A stretch of 64,000 bases of DNA from SAR202 cluster bacterium AC-409-J13_OGT_754m (GCA_009391235.1 VEXD01000003.1:17631-81630), one strand, 5' to 3'. Counted from the stretch's first letter, positions 29,447-41,154 are shown. The notes: a model not told the origin generated them from the letters alone. Made by a program: numbers and translations.

Positions 29447-31516
29447 CTACCCTTGTTTCACCACTTCACTCAGGAGACCCTGAGGAACTGCTTCGTAATG
29501 CTTAAACTCCATAGTATGAGTCGCCCGCCCTTGGGACATTGAACGAAGGTTTGTCGCGTATCCGAACGAATTAACCAGAGGGATGAACGCTCTCACACGC
29601 TGTATATCATCTCCACCTTCTATGTTTTGTATGCTAGATCTCCTAGAATTCAAGTCTCCTAACACCGTACCAAGCGATTCAGCAGGCGTCACAACTTCAA
29701 TTTCCATTACAGGTTCGAGCAAAATCGGCTTAGCCTTCCTAAGTGCCTCTTTCAGCCCTATTGAAGCTGCTGCTTTGAATGACATCTCGGATGAGTCTAC
29801 AGGATGAAAGCTCCCATCCACAAGAGTGACTTTTATATCAACTACTTCATATCCAGCTACAGTGCCGTTTTGTGCCGAAGCGAATACACCCTGTCGAACC
29901 GCAGAAATAAATTCTCTAGGAATCTTACCGCCCGTAATTTTATCTTCAAATATTACCCCAGATCCACTTTCCAAAGGTGTCAGCTCTAAGGTCACATCAC
30001 CAAATTGTCCGTGCCCTCCAGACTGCCTAATAAATCGACCCTGAGCTCTGCTTTCTTGAGTTATAGTCTCACGATATGAAACCTTTGGCTTGCCGACATT
30101 TGAAGCTACATTAAATTCTCTACGCAACCGGTCAACGAGTACCTCTAAGTGCAACTCGCCCATCCCTGCTATTATCGTCTGCCCAGTCTCTGCATCATTG
30201 CGAACCACGAAGGTCGGATCTTCTTCCGAAAGTTTCCTCATGGAATCCGTCAGTTTGTCTCTGTCTACTTTGGTTATAGGTTCGATGGCTACAGATATGA
30301 CGGGTGAAGGAAATGTCGGGGGCTCTAATACGATGGGTGCATTCTCCAAACAAATGGTGTCCCCCGTAAAGGTATTCTTTAACCCAACAGCTGCTGCTAT
30401 GTTGCCGGCACCTACCCAATCCACTTCCTCTCTATGATTAGCATGCATCAGCAAAACACGACCCAGTCTTTCTCGTATATCTTTGGTTGCGTTATATACA
30501 GTTGCGCCAGTTTTAACGTAGCCAGAATATATTCTTAGATACACGAGACGGCCAACAAAAGGATCAGTCATCACTTTCATAGCCAGCGCAGCTAAAGGAG
30601 CCTCAGCATTAGCTTCCCTAAACTCGACTTCATCAGTATCCGGATTGGTGCCTTCAATTGCGGTAACGTCTAAAGGAGATGGCAAATAATCGGTTACTGC
30701 ATCTAATAACAAAGGAATTCCATAACTTCTCAAAGCACTGCCGCATAAAACAGGTACGAGCGCCCTACGAATAGTAGCCGATCTAAGTGCACTGCGCAGA
30801 TCAGCGGAGCAAGGTTCTTCACCTTCTAGATATTTAATCATCAACGAATCGTCGGTTTCGGCGATTCTCTCTATTAATACTTCTCTAAGACGATTGTAGT
30901 CAGCCATATGTTCGGCAGGAATAGGGCCTTCATCCATCGCAGTTGGATCATTAGTATTATAGAAATAAGCCTTTCCGTCGAACAAATCAATGGTTCCTTT
31001 AAAACTATCTTCCTGACCCATAGGAACCTGCACAGCTACCGCGTTTCCCCTCAATCGCTGTTTAATGGATTCAATTGTTCTTTCAAAACTAGCTCCTGCT
31101 CTATCCATTTTATTAACAAAACATATCCTAGGAACTTTATATTTGTCTGCTTGGCGCCAAACTGTCTCTGATTGAGGTTGAACCCCGGCCACTGCATCCA
31201 AAACCACTACTCCGCCGTCTAAAACTCTTAGACTTCTCTCAACTTCTGCCGTGAAATCAACATGGCCTGGAGTATCAATAATGTTTATTCGATAATCTTT
31301 CCAATAAGTAGTCGTTGCTGCTGAGGTAATTGTGATTCCCCTTTCCCTCTCTTGGGGCATCCAGTCCATTACTGCCGTTCCATGATGCACTTCACCAAGT
31401 TTATATGTGCGTCCTGTAACGAACAAAGTTCTTTCAGTGACAGTGGTTTTGCCGGCATCTATATGGGCAATAAACCCAATATTACGTATACGGCTTATAT
31501 TTTCTGACTTATTCAT
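29447..31516 (-). CDS. fusA: Elongation factor G
   Basis: [34 protein letters not shown]. Confidence 0.97.
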   Translation of the reverse strand: MNKSENISRIRNIGFIAHIDAGKTTVTERTLFVTGRTYKLGEVHHGTAVMDWMPQERERGITITSAATTTYWKDYRINIIDTPGHVDFTAEVERSLRVLDGGVVVLDAVAGVQPQSETVWRQADKYKVPRICFVNKMDRAGASFERTIESIKQRLRGNAVAVQVPMGQEDSFKGTIDLFDGKAYFYNTNDPTAMDEGPIPAEHMADYNRLREVLIERIAETDDSLMIKYLEGEEPCSADLRSALRSATIRRALVPVLCGSALRSYGIPLLLDAVTDYLPSPLDVTAIEGTNPDTDEVEFREANAEAPLAALAMKVMTDPFVGRLVYLRIYSGYVKTGATVYNATKDIRERLGRVLLMHANHREEVDWVGAGNIAAAVGLKNTFTGDTICLENAPIVLEPPTFPSPVISVAIEPITKVDRDKLTDSMRKLSEEDPTFVVRNDAETGQTIIAGMGELHLEVLVDRLRREFNVASNVGKPKVSYRETITQESRAQGRFIRQSGGHGQFGDVTLELTPLESGSGVIFEDKITGGKIPREFISAVRQGVFASAQNGTVAGYEVVDIKVTLVDGSFHPVDSSEMSFKAAASIGLKEALRKAKPILLEPVMEIEVVTPAESLGTVLGDLNSRRSSIQNIEGGDDIQRVRAFIPLVNSFGYATNLRSMSQGRATHTMEFKHYEAVPQGLLSEVVKQG

Positions 31517-31554
31517 GATGACAGATCCAATCCGGGCTTAAAGTTTTCTACTCC

Positions 31555-32025
31555 CTACCACCTGTAGTGAACGAATGCCCGGTTAGCTTCGGCCATCCTG
31601 TGCATGTCTTCTTTGCGTCTGACTGCTGCGCCCTCATCTCTTGAAGCGTCAATTAACTCAGACGCCAACTTTCTGGTCATTGAGGTCCCTGCCCTCGATC
31701 TGGCAGCTGTAATGATCCAACGAATTGCCAAGGCCTTTCCTCTCGCGATTGGTACTTCTATCGGTACCTGATAGGTAGCTCCACCCACACGGCGTGGTTT
31801 GACCATCAACAATGGCTGGGTATTATTTATTGCTTGATCGAATACTTCCATTGCTCCACGCTTGGTATCTTGCACTACCGATTCCAACGCCTTGTAAACA
31901 ATGCGCTGGGCTACCGATTTCTTTCCTTTCGTCATAACTTTATTAATAAAACGAGCCAATTCTTCACTGCCAAACCTTGGTTCGGGAGCTACTACTCTAA
32001 CTTCTGCTCGTCTTCTTCTAGACAA
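31555..32025 (-). CDS. rpsG: 30S ribosomal protein S7
   Basis: RRVGGATYQVP, HRMAEANRAF.HYRW. Confidence 0.97.
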   Translation of the reverse strand: MSRRRRAEVRVVAPEPRFGSEELARFINKVMTKGKKSVAQRIVYKALESVVQDTKRGAMEVFDQAINNTQPLLMVKPRRVGGATYQVPIEVPIARGKALAIRWIITAARSRAGTSMTRKLASELIDASRDEGAAVRRKEDMHRMAEANRAFVHYRW

Positions 32026-32050
32026 TCTAATTACATCCTAGCTATAAAAA

Positions 32051-32470
32051 TTATTTTGCTCTTGGTCGCTTGGTGCCATATTTGCTCCGGCCTCTAGCTC
32101 GATTAGCTACGCCATCGCAATCCAATGTGCCTCTGATAACATGATAACGAACACCGGGCAAATCCTTCACCCTGCCGCCTCTTATCATTACCACTGAGTG
32201 CTCCTGCAAATTATGACCCTCACCTGGAATATACGCCGTCACCTCAAACCCATTTGTCAATCTTACTCTGGCAATCTTCCGAAGTGCCGAGTTGGGTTTT
32301 TTAGGAGTCATAGTTCTAACTAAAACACAAACTCCTCTTCTTTGAGGAGCTCCCTTGCTACGTGTTACCTTATTTTTCAAGGAATTATGGATCCAATGCA
32401 TCGCCGGAGCATTAATCTTCTTAATACTCTTCTTTCTACCTTTCCTCACCAATTGGTTAATTGTAGGCAT
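32051..32470 (-). CDS. rpsL: 30S ribosomal protein S12
   Basis: [28 protein letters not shown]. Confidence 0.98.
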   Translation of the reverse strand: MPTINQLVRKGRKKSIKKINAPAMHWIHNSLKNKVTRSKGAPQRRGVCVLVRTMTPKKPNSALRKIARVRLTNGFEVTAYIPGEGHNLQEHSVVMIRGGRVKDLPGVRYHVIRGTLDCDGVANRARGRSKYGTKRPRAK

Positions 32471-32507
32471 AGTTCTCCCAAATTAAGTGTCCAGGGGACA
32501 ATCCAGT

Positions 32508-32536
32508 ACTCTAGCAGTAATCAGAATTACTGTCAA
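32508..32536 (-). promoter_or_regulatory. sigma70-type promoter of the ribosomal supercluster
   Basis: Minus strand TTGACA, 17 nt, TAGAGT with a preceding TGn; 37 nt upstream of the rpsL start. Confidence 0.7.
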
Positions 32537-32616
32537 CGGATTTAGCACCGTTTTACCACCAATTAAGAGACGAAAAAAAATCCTCTTAACAAATCGAATT
32601 CGCCATCATGAGGTTA

Positions 32617-33822
32617 TCAAGCTCCCATAGCATCCATAACTATATGCATGTCTTTATCACCCCGACCACTCAAACAGACTAAAACGGTTTCTAGTTCATT
32701 CATAGTTGAAGCGATTTTAACGGAATAGGCTACTGCATGAGCTGACTCTAGCGCGGGGATTATCCCTTCTTTTCTGCTTAACAAATGAAAACCTTCAAGG
32801 GCCTCAACATCGCTCACACTTACATATTTCACTCTCCCAATGTCTTTCAGATAACTATGTTCTGGACCAACCCCAGGATAGTCCAAACCAGGAGCTATGC
32901 TGTGGGCATGTCGAATCTGTCCATTCTTATCCTGCAATAAATATGTCATTGAGCCATGTAAAACCCCCGGAGTGCCGCTACTCAATGTAGCCGAGTGTTC
33001 AAGACTTTCAATACCCTTCCCTCCAGCCTCTACTCCAAAAATGCGCACCGATTCATCTGATATAAAGGCCTGGAACATCCCTATGGCGTTGCTTCCACCC
33101 CCCACGCAAGCGATGACAACATTAGGCAAAGTCCCTACTGTTGATAACATTTGTTGTTTAGATTCGTCTCCTATAACCGATTGCAAATCTTTAACAATTT
33201 TTGGGTAAGGATGAGGCCCTACAGCACTTCCGATCAAATAATGTGTTGTCTCAATATTAGTTACCCAATCACGTATGGCTTCGTTTATGGCATCCTTTAA
33301 GGTGCGACTACCTGAATCAACATTCCTTACTTCAGCTCCAAGCATTTCCATTCGAGCTACATTCAACGACTGGCGTTGAATATCCTCTGATCCCATATAT
33401 ACAATGCACTCCAAATCTAGCATTGCACATGCACTAGCCGTTGCAACACCATGTTGGCCAGCTCCCGTCTCGGCAATGATTCTATTTTTCCCCAAATGTT
33501 TCGCTAATAGAGCCTGACCAAGCGCGTTATTTATCTTATGAGCACCAGTGTGCGCCAAGTCTTCACGCTTCAAATATATTTTAGCGCCACCACCATATTT
33601 ACTTAAATTCGCTGCATAATACAGAGGGGTAGCTCGCCCAGTGAATGTCTCCATCAAACCCGTCAATTCCTTGCGGAATGAATCCGTGTTTTTAATTTTT
33701 TCATAACCAGTTTCCAAATCTTCAAGGGCTGACATCAATGTTTCAGGAACAAATTTACCTCCATACTGCCCAAAACGACCGTGGGCATCAGGTAAATCCC
33801 TAGATCTAACAGTTTTGCTCAT
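32617..33822 (-). CDS. trpB: Tryptophan synthase beta chain (TrpB1 type)
   Basis: [50 protein letters not shown]. Confidence 0.96.
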   Translation of the reverse strand: MSKTVRSRDLPDAHGRFGQYGGKFVPETLMSALEDLETGYEKIKNTDSFRKELTGLMETFTGRATPLYYAANLSKYGGGAKIYLKREDLAHTGAHKINNALGQALLAKHLGKNRIIAETGAGQHGVATASACAMLDLECIVYMGSEDIQRQSLNVARMEMLGAEVRNVDSGSRTLKDAINEAIRDWVTNIETTHYLIGSAVGPHPYPKIVKDLQSVIGDESKQQMLSTVGTLPNVVIACVGGGSNAIGMFQAFISDESVRIFGVEAGGKGIESLEHSATLSSGTPGVLHGSMTYLLQDKNGQIRHAHSIAPGLDYPGVGPEHSYLKDIGRVKYVSVSDVEALEGFHLLSRKEGIIPALESAHAVAYSVKIASTMNELETVLVCLSGRGDKDMHIVMDAMGA

Positions 33823-34502
33823 GTTCCTCCTTCCCAACCAGAGGTCGCCGGTAATTGGCGGCAAATCGCTATGAAAGCAGATATTTTGGCTTCATCTTTT
33901 TCGCCTTCAGTCTCTACGCCACTAGAGACATCTACACCCCACGGTCGAATTTTCTCTATTGCTGTTGCTAAATTATCTGGATCTAATCCTCCAGAAAGCA
34001 TGAATTCATATCCATCCTTGCTTAGGTGATTCGCTATATCCCAATTAAAAGAGCTTCCGGTGCCGCCTTCAAGGCCATCAACCAAGGTATCCAGAGCTAT
34101 AATATGACCCGCTTTACTAAATTGTTCGAGTTTGATAGCCAATCCCTCTACGAATTCTGCATCAACCGCTTGTTTAGGAACATGCACAGATTTAATCAAA
34201 GGAATTGGAATTTGATCACAGTATTCCAATGGTTCATCGCCGCACAGCTGAACCATGTCCAAACCAACCCGTTCAGATATTTCTATAATTGCACTAATCG
34301 GTTGATTTGCGAACAACCCTACGGTTAAAGTTCTATGCTTTGACACATGCTGCAATCTTTCTACTATATTTTTAGCGTCGCTGATCGCAATGCTCCTTCT
34401 TCGATTAGGAACGAAAATCATACCAACGAAATCTGCTCCTTCTTCGGTAGCATGTAGTGCCGCCTCAGTTGTTCGAATTCCACATATTTTTACTTTGATC
34501 AA
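33819..34502 (-). CDS. trpF: Phosphoribosylanthranilate isomerase
   Basis: [28 protein letters not shown]. Confidence 0.94.
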   Translation of the reverse strand: MIKVKICGIRTTEAALHATEEGADFVGMIFVPNRRRSIAISDAKNIVERLQHVSKHRTLTVGLFANQPISAIIEISERVGLDMVQLCGDEPLEYCDQIPIPLIKSVHVPKQAVDAEFVEGLAIKLEQFSKAGHIIALDTLVDGLEGGTGSSFNWDIANHLSKDGYEFMLSGGLDPDNLATAIEKIRPWGVDVSSGVETEGEKDEAKISAFIAICRQLPATSGWEGGT

Positions 34503-34514
34503 CTGAATCCCCTC

Positions 34515-35306
34515 TTAATTCAACCCTGAAGTCAATTCTTTTATTTTTGCAGGGATATCATCGGCCGTCATTAAAGCCTCCCCAACTAACATAGCATGCA
34601 CTCTTAACTTTCGCAGCAGTTCAACATCTGAACGTTGAAAGATGCCACTCTCGCTCACGATTATCCGCCCTGCTGGTATACGACCAGCCATCTTTTCAGT
34701 GAACGATAAATCTACGTTAAATGTATGTAGATCTCTGTTATTAATTCCAATAATTTCCGCTCCCGCAAGTATTGCACGCTCCAATTCCGGTTCAGTATGC
34801 ACCTCTACTAAAACTTGAACCCACAATTGTTGCGCTACATTTAGTAATTCTTTAAGCTCTTCGTCAGTCAATATATTAACGATCAATAAAATAGCGTCCG
34901 CACCGTAGGCCCTAGATTCGTATACCTGATAGGGATCCAACATGAAATCTTTGCGAAGAACAGGAACTCTATAATTAGTTACCGCCTCTTTAATATCTGC
35001 CAAATCAGAAACAGAGCCACCAAAAGCCTCATCCGTCAACACAGATATAGCTGATGCCCCATTTTCAACGTAAACTTTAGCCAATTCCTTACACGACAAT
35101 TTATCATTCAACAAACCCTTTGAAGGTGATTTCCTTTTAAATTCAGCTATAAGTCTTACATCATCCCCCATCAAGGCGCCAGACAAATTTAGAGGAATAG
35201 GAAGATTAGAAATATGTTCTTTTAAATCCTCAATAGGATAATTCATCCTATTACGAGCCACTTCAACTCGTTTTCTTTCAATTATGTTTTCTAATATTGT
35301 TCCCAC
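34515..35306 (-). CDS. trpC: Indole-3-glycerol phosphate synthase
   Basis: IAEFKR.SPSKG, LRKDF, GINNRDL, SESGI. Confidence 0.95.
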   Translation of the reverse strand: MGTILENIIERKRVEVARNRMNYPIEDLKEHISNLPIPLNLSGALMGDDVRLIAEFKRKSPSKGLLNDKLSCKELAKVYVENGASAISVLTDEAFGGSVSDLADIKEAVTNYRVPVLRKDFMLDPYQVYESRAYGADAILLIVNILTDEELKELLNVAQQLWVQVLVEVHTEPELERAILAGAEIIGINNRDLHTFNVDLSFTEKMAGRIPAGRIIVSESGIFQRSDVELLRKLRVHAMLVGEALMTADDIPAKIKELTSGLN

Positions 35307-35362
35307 TTATCTAAACTCTAACATTTATTTAAATCCCCGATAAACCTAAGTTCAACATCAGA

Positions 35363-36388
35363 TCAATCAACGTGAAGACTCTGTGTAACTCTTAATAACT
35401 CCTCTAGCTTCGTTTTCGCTTTCCCAGAATCAATAGCTTCTCCTGCACAGCTAATACCTTCATTAAAATCTGTGACTAAATTGCCTGCAATCAAAACACC
35501 AGCGGTATTCAATAAAACAATATCCCTATGAGGACCTTTTTCTCCAGATAGGACCTTGACCAGTAGATGGACATTATCTGTAAGGGTCTCAGCTGTCAAT
35601 TGGCTTTTGTTAGCAGGCTTGATTCCAAATTCGTCCGGAGAGATCTTATAGTAGTTAATGGTTGATAAATTCACTTCCCATATTTCAGTTGTACCCCCAA
35701 GTGAAATTTCATCCAATCCGTCAGCGCCGTGTACTACCATACTATGTTGTGTCCCCATTAAAACCAATACTTCAGCTAGGATTGGCCCTAATTTTGGATC
35801 ATGTACACCGATCAATTGGTGCTTTGCCCTTGCTGGATTAGTAAGAGGCCCTAAGATGTTGAAAACTGTCCTTATCCCTATCTCTTTTCTAATAGGCCCC
35901 GCATATTTCATTGCCGGATGAAAGTTGGGCGCAAACAAGAATCCAAATCCAACCTCATCTAAACATTTCAAGACCTCTTTCGGGTTAAGATCTATGTTTA
36001 CTCCCAATGCTTCAAGTACATCTGCACTCCCACAGGTACCCGAAGCCGCTCTATTACCATGTTTAGCCATAGTTAACCCGGCTGCTGAGGCAACTAATGC
36101 CGCAGTAGTTGATATATTAAACGTCCTACTGTTATCGCCCCCAGTTCCGCAACTATCCGCAACCTGACCCATAAAATCAACTGATAGTGATTTATCTTGC
36201 ATTGTTTTTGCCATGCCAGCTATTTCTTCAGCGGTTTCTCCTTTAATAGACAAAGCCGTCAGTATAGATCCGATTTGACCAGGAGTCGCTTCACCCTCCA
36301 TTATCAAGGTCATCAAAGCAGAAGCTTCATCGACGTTAAAAGATTTTCCAGTAGACAATTGATTGATTAATACTCGAATGTTATCCAT
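35363..36388 (-). CDS. trpD: Anthranilate phosphoribosyltransferase
   Basis: CGTGGD, FNIST, KHGNR, GSADVLE, RTVFNILGPL.NP. Confidence 0.96.
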   Translation of the reverse strand: MDNIRVLINQLSTGKSFNVDEASALMTLIMEGEATPGQIGSILTALSIKGETAEEIAGMAKTMQDKSLSVDFMGQVADSCGTGGDNSRTFNISTTAALVASAAGLTMAKHGNRAASGTCGSADVLEALGVNIDLNPKEVLKCLDEVGFGFLFAPNFHPAMKYAGPIRKEIGIRTVFNILGPLTNPARAKHQLIGVHDPKLGPILAEVLVLMGTQHSMVVHGADGLDEISLGGTTEIWEVNLSTINYYKISPDEFGIKPANKSQLTAETLTDNVHLLVKVLSGEKGPHRDIVLLNTAGVLIAGNLVTDFNEGISCAGEAIDSGKAKTKLEELLRVTQSLHVD

Positions 36389-36976
36389 CTATTGTCCTCC
36401 AGGCCAAGCATCAACTTGTTTAAGGAAATTGCCAAGCAGTTCATGCCCAGCAGTGGTCATAATTGATTCAGGGTGGAATTGCACACCCTCTACGGGAAAT
36501 TCTTTGTGTCTAATACCCATTATTTGACCTCGGCCAGTCCAAGCAGAAACTTCTAGAGCATCAGGCACAGAGGTATTGTTTACTATCAAAGAGTGATAAC
36601 GAATTGCTTTTAATGGATTTAAGAGGCCTTCGAACAAGCCCAACCCATCATGTTCGATCATGGAAGTTTTGCCGTGCATTATTTCATCGGCCACTTCTAT
36701 AATTGCCCCATATACTTGGGCTATACATTGATGCCCTAAGCAAACACCAAGTATAGGAATGGACCTCCCAAACGCCTCTATAGCATCATTCGAAATACCA
36801 GCTTCGTTAGGAGTACAGGGTCCAGGTGAAATTACAATACCGTTCGGCTGCAGTGAACTTATCTCATCTATAGTGATCGCATCATTGCGTACCACATGCA
36901 CCTTTGCTCCCAATTCAGACAGATATTGGAACAGGTTGTACGTAAAACTATCGTAATTATCAATAAGGAGTATCAT
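36389..36976 (-). CDS. trpG: Anthranilate synthase component II
   Basis: LIDNYDSFTYN, SPGP, GVCLGHQ, QFHPES. Confidence 0.94.
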   Translation of the reverse strand: MILLIDNYDSFTYNLFQYLSELGAKVHVVRNDAITIDEISSLQPNGIVISPGPCTPNEAGISNDAIEAFGRSIPILGVCLGHQCIAQVYGAIIEVADEIMHGKTSMIEHDGLGLFEGLLNPLKAIRYHSLIVNNTSVPDALEVSAWTGRGQIMGIRHKEFPVEGVQFHPESIMTTAGHELLGNFLKQVDAWPGGQ

Positions 36977-36997
36977 TTTGAAACGACACAAACCAAT

Positions 36998-38452
36998 TTA
37001 AATACTCTCAGCTTTTTCAATGGCCTTGAAAACCGCTCGCGCCTTATGAATAGTTTCTTGATATTCTTCCTCAGGATCACTATCAGATACTATTCCACCT
37101 CCTGCTTGAGCGTAAGCAACTCCATCTTTCAAAACCAGTGTTCTTATAGTAATGGCGGTATCTGCATTCCCGGAAAATCCAAAGTAGCCAACCGCTCCAG
37201 CGTAAGGACCACGCTGTTCGCCCTCCATTTCAGCGATTATTTCCATGGCCCTGATCTTAGGTGCACCAGAAAGTGTCCCAGCAGGAAAACAAGCTCTCAT
37301 AGCATCAAAAGCAGTCAGCCCGGCCTTTAATTTCCCGCTGACTTCCGAAACAAGATGCATAACGTGGGAATACCTGTCTACTCCCATCAAGCGTTTTACT
37401 TCCACACTTCCGATTTCACTTACTCTACCCACATCATTCCTGCCCAAATCTACTAACATAATGTGCTCCGCCCGTTCTTTCTCGCTGTTAACAAGTTCAT
37501 ATTCCAATTGCGCATCTTCTTCCAAAGTGGCGCCCCTCGGTTTGGTCCCAGCAATAGGATGACACGTCACTACGTTATCTTCCACTCTAACCAGCATTTC
37601 TGGAGAAGCACCGACGATTTGGAATTGGTCCAAATTAAGATAATACATATATGGTGATGGATTGCCCGTACGCAACGCTCTATAAATCGCAAAAGGGTCC
37701 GCATTGGTCTTGCGTTGCATCCTTCTGGAAGTAACAACTTGTATAACATCCCCGGCATAAATATATTCTTTAACCCTCTGAACAATCTTCAAATATTCCT
37801 CTTTAGAAAAATTAGATTCGATTTCTTTGCTGCTGATTTCCATATCTTCCAATGGCTTATTCGCGACTGAGGGTGCTAACGGTTTCGTAAGTTTATCTAC
37901 AATAGCATCTATTCGTTTAACAGCTTCACCATATGATGTGTCTATATCACCATCCAGCCTCGCATGACTAATTACTTTGATATCTTTTTGAAGATGATCG
38001 AAGATCAACAAAGTGTCGGCAAACATGAATACGGATTGCGGAAGTCCCAAATTGTCCACAGACGGCAGCGGTATTCGTGGTTCAAAATAAGAGATTACGT
38101 CGTATGATAAATATCCTACTGCTCCGCCATGAAACCTCGGTAACTCAGGAATATTAACAACCTGATACCTGTCCAATTCTTGTTGAACACCTAATAATGG
38201 ATCAGTTGCATTTAGGGAATTCGGTTCGCCAGTCTTCAAAACCTTATATGGCTGTGTGCCAATAAAACTATATCGCCCCAACCTTTCCCCACCATCCACA
38301 CTTTCAAGCAAGAATGAATAAGGAGATTCGGCAACTTTAAGAAATGCAGATACAGGAGTTTCCAAATCGGCCTCTATTTGCCTGTAAATTGGTAATAAAT
38401 TACCCCTGTTTTTAAGATTCTTCGCTTCTTCTAATGTAGGATAGTAATCCAT
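36998..38452 (-). CDS. trpE: Anthranilate synthase component I
   Basis: FLLES, NPSPYMY, ASPE, PIAGT, EHIMLVDLGRND, PAGTLSGAPK. Confidence 0.95.
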   Translation of the reverse strand: MDYYPTLEEAKNLKNRGNLLPIYRQIEADLETPVSAFLKVAESPYSFLLESVDGGERLGRYSFIGTQPYKVLKTGEPNSLNATDPLLGVQQELDRYQVVNIPELPRFHGGAVGYLSYDVISYFEPRIPLPSVDNLGLPQSVFMFADTLLIFDHLQKDIKVISHARLDGDIDTSYGEAVKRIDAIVDKLTKPLAPSVANKPLEDMEISSKEIESNFSKEEYLKIVQRVKEYIYAGDVIQVVTSRRMQRKTNADPFAIYRALRTGNPSPYMYYLNLDQFQIVGASPEMLVRVEDNVVTCHPIAGTKPRGATLEEDAQLEYELVNSEKERAEHIMLVDLGRNDVGRVSEIGSVEVKRLMGVDRYSHVMHLVSEVSGKLKAGLTAFDAMRACFPAGTLSGAPKIRAMEIIAEMEGEQRGPYAGAVGYFGFSGNADTAITIRTLVLKDGVAYAQAGGGIVSDSDPEEEYQETIHKARAVFKAIEKAESI

Positions 38453-38470
38453 GGTTATTACACATCTATA

Positions 38471-39493
38471 TTAATGAGGTTTCACAAACCCCACTCGAGT
38501 TTTCACATCTTGCATCTTCAAACTAGCTATTTGTTCAGCCTTGTCTCGGCCTTTAGCCAATAGTCTATCTAATTCAGAAACATCACTCATCAACTCATAA
38601 TAAGCTTTACGAATAGGACGCAACTCCTCTATGACAATCTCGGCTACTCTCCTTTTTAACCCCGAATATCCACTAGAGTCAACAAAGTCTTTTTCCACCA
38701 AGGATCTGTTCTTCTTCATAATAACTCCATATATACCGAGAAGATTGTTGACCCCGGCCTTTTCAGGTTCATCAGAGAACCGTATTTCAGAGCCCGAATC
38801 AGTAACAGATCTCATAATATTCCTTTCGATTTCCTTAGGTTCTTCAAGTAAAGCGATTGCATGTCCCCTTATATGCTCATGACTTTTGGACATTTTTACT
38901 AGCGGATCATTCAAGCCCATAATTCGCGCACCAACCTTAGGTATAACCACTTCAGGGATAACAAAGGACTCCCCGTAAATATTATTAAATCTCCTGGCAA
39001 TATCCCGGGTAAGTTCTACATGTTGCTTTTGGTCTTCTCCAACTGGCACCTCATCTGTATCGTATAGCAATATGTCTCCAGCCATTAAAACAGGATAATC
39101 AAGGATACCGGTTGATACGCTCTCCTCATTCGCTATTTTATCTTTATACTGTGTCATACGTTCCAGCCAGCCGATGGGAGTGACACAATTCAATATCCAG
39201 GCAATCTCGGAATGGGCGGATACGTGACTTTGAACAAACAACGTTGACTTTAACGGACTCAATCCAGCCGCAAACAATACAGCTGCCAATGAGCGCGTTT
39301 GGTGCCGGAGGGATTCAGGGTCCTGCCAATTAGTAATGGCGTGAAGGTCCACAATACAAAAAAAGTTTTCTTTAGTCTCTTGCCTCTCGATCCATCCTTT
39401 TATTGCGCCAAGATAATTTCCCAAATGCACACTACCCGACGGTTGAATTCCACTAAACACACGAGGTAATTTGTTCGTTTTTCTTATAGCCAT
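38471..39493 (-). CDS. trpS: Tryptophanyl-tRNA synthetase
   Basis: SGIQPSG..HLGNY, YPVLMAGDIL, VPVGEDQ, KMSKS. Confidence 0.96.
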   Translation of the reverse strand: MAIRKTNKLPRVFSGIQPSGSVHLGNYLGAIKGWIERQETKENFFCIVDLHAITNWQDPESLRHQTRSLAAVLFAAGLSPLKSTLFVQSHVSAHSEIAWILNCVTPIGWLERMTQYKDKIANEESVSTGILDYPVLMAGDILLYDTDEVPVGEDQKQHVELTRDIARRFNNIYGESFVIPEVVIPKVGARIMGLNDPLVKMSKSHEHIRGHAIALLEEPKEIERNIMRSVTDSGSEIRFSDEPEKAGVNNLLGIYGVIMKKNRSLVEKDFVDSSGYSGLKRRVAEIVIEELRPIRKAYYELMSDVSELDRLLAKGRDKAEQIASLKMQDVKTRVGFVKPH

Positions 39494-39636
39494 TTGGCAG
39501 TAATCCTTCCGAATCCCTATATTTAATTATCTTATTCTAATTAATAACCATTAGAACACACAACGATTTTCTATTAAAAGCTAGACAACCTTATCCCCTT
39601 TTGGGGCAATCCAGGAATAATCAACTTGTAATGTTG

Positions 39637-41052
39637 TTAACCACCTGATGGTCCATGGCCCAAACCAGGAAAAGTCATAAGCTCCGGATTCAACAACTGA
39701 TCCAATTCCTCTGGGGATAGAGATGTCCGTTTCAAAGCAATTTGACGTATAGTCGCGCCCTTAACTGAAGCTTCTTTTGCAATCGCAGCTGCCGCATCAT
39801 AGCCTATTGCTGGCGCTAATGCGGTACCAAGCATAAGCCCTTGCTCAACCATTTCCGGCCCTTTTGCTGTTGCTTCTATTCCCTCTATACATTGCTTGGA
39901 AAAATTCATTACTGACGAAGTTAAGATTTCTATAGATTCAAGAATGTTATAAGCCGCAACTGGCATCATCATGTTCAATTCGAAAATCCCACCCTGGCCT
40001 GCTTGACAAATAACCAGATCATTTCCGATGACATGTGCCATAGCCTGAATAACCGATTCAGGTATAACGGGATTTACCTTACCTGGCATTATAGAACTAC
40101 CAGGCTGCACTTCAGGTAAATTAATTTCCCCAATTCCAGCCCGTGGACCTGAACTCAACCATCTAATATCGTTAGCTATTTTATGAATGCTAACAGCAAT
40201 TGTTCTTAATGTACCACTAGTCTGTACTACAGAGTCCAGTGTGTTTTGAGCCTGGAAATGATTCTCTGTTTCCACTATGTTAACACCAGTCTCTTTACCA
40301 ATTATTCTGCAAATAGTGGAAGCAAATTGCGGATGAGCGTTAACGCCTGTTCCAACCGCTGTTCCACCAATTGCGACTTCAACAAGTTCTTTCTCTACAG
40401 TTGCCAATCTTTCAATTGAACGCTTTACTTGACCTGTAAACCCAAAGAACTGTTGCCCTAACCTAATTGGAGTCGCATCCTGCAAATGAGTCCTACCAGT
40501 TTTTATAACTGGCCAAAATCGACAGCTTTTCTCCCCAAGTGAATCATGAAGCAAACTTAATGCAGGTTTAAACTTCTCTTTAATATCCAAAAGAATAGCC
40601 AAATGGATAGCCGTAGGAATCACATCGTTGGATGACTGGCAAATATTAACGTGATCATTTGGATGTATTTTAACTTCGACGTTCTGCCCTGCAAGTAGTT
40701 CATTGGCCCTATTAGCAATAACTTCGTTGGCATTCATGTTCGTCGACGTGCCTGAGCCTGTTTGGAATACATCTACAACAAAATGATCATCAAACAGTCC
40801 TTCAGAAACCTCTTTCGCTGCAGTATAAATAGCTTTACCCATAACTGAATCTAGCAAACCTAGTTCAATGTTGGTCTTTGCGGCAGCTGCCTTTATGATA
40901 GCTATGCTTTTAATGAAGCTTCGCCCAAACCTCAATTTACTAATAGGGAAGTTTTTTACTGCTCTCATTGTAGATGCACCGTAGTAGGCATCCATTGGAA
41001 CTTCCATTGTCCCCATTGAATCTTTTTCTATTCTCGTATTGTCCTGGCTCAT
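39637..41052 (-). CDS. fumC: Class II fumarate hydratase
   Basis: QTGSGTSTNMNANE, GRTHLQDATP, GSSIMPGKVNP; start 41052 or 41085. Confidence 0.9.
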   Translation of the reverse strand: MSQDNTRIEKDSMGTMEVPMDAYYGASTMRAVKNFPISKLRFGRSFIKSIAIIKAAAAKTNIELGLLDSVMGKAIYTAAKEVSEGLFDDHFVVDVFQTGSGTSTNMNANEVIANRANELLAGQNVEVKIHPNDHVNICQSSNDVIPTAIHLAILLDIKEKFKPALSLLHDSLGEKSCRFWPVIKTGRTHLQDATPIRLGQQFFGFTGQVKRSIERLATVEKELVEVAIGGTAVGTGVNAHPQFASTICRIIGKETGVNIVETENHFQAQNTLDSVVQTSGTLRTIAVSIHKIANDIRWLSSGPRAGIGEINLPEVQPGSSIMPGKVNPVIPESVIQAMAHVIGNDLVICQAGQGGIFELNMMMPVAAYNILESIEILTSSVMNFSKQCIEGIEATAKGPEMVEQGLMLGTALAPAIGYDAAAAIAKEASVKGATIRQIALKRTSLSPEELDQLLNPELMTFPGLGHGPSGG

Positions 41053-41154
41053 TCCCGTCTCCTCAACCAGATCTAGTATGCTCAATAACTATGCTAACCC
41101 AGGATAACGTTTTTATCCTCTCTAGCCAACTACCATTTACCACTGACCCATGCG

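Noticed and set aside
32563..32589. TTAAGAG/CTCTTAA inverted repeat after trpB as a terminator
   Set aside because: AT-rich stem with a long loop and no U tract after it; too weak to call
11854..39493. Many plus-strand ORFs of 60-200 aa in the ribosomal and trp regions
   Set aside because: Antisense shadows of well-supported minus-strand genes with no motifs of their own
39494..39636. T-box riboswitch upstream of trpS
   Set aside because: Region is only about 140 nt and lacks the GGTGGTACCGCG-type T-box motif and a terminator
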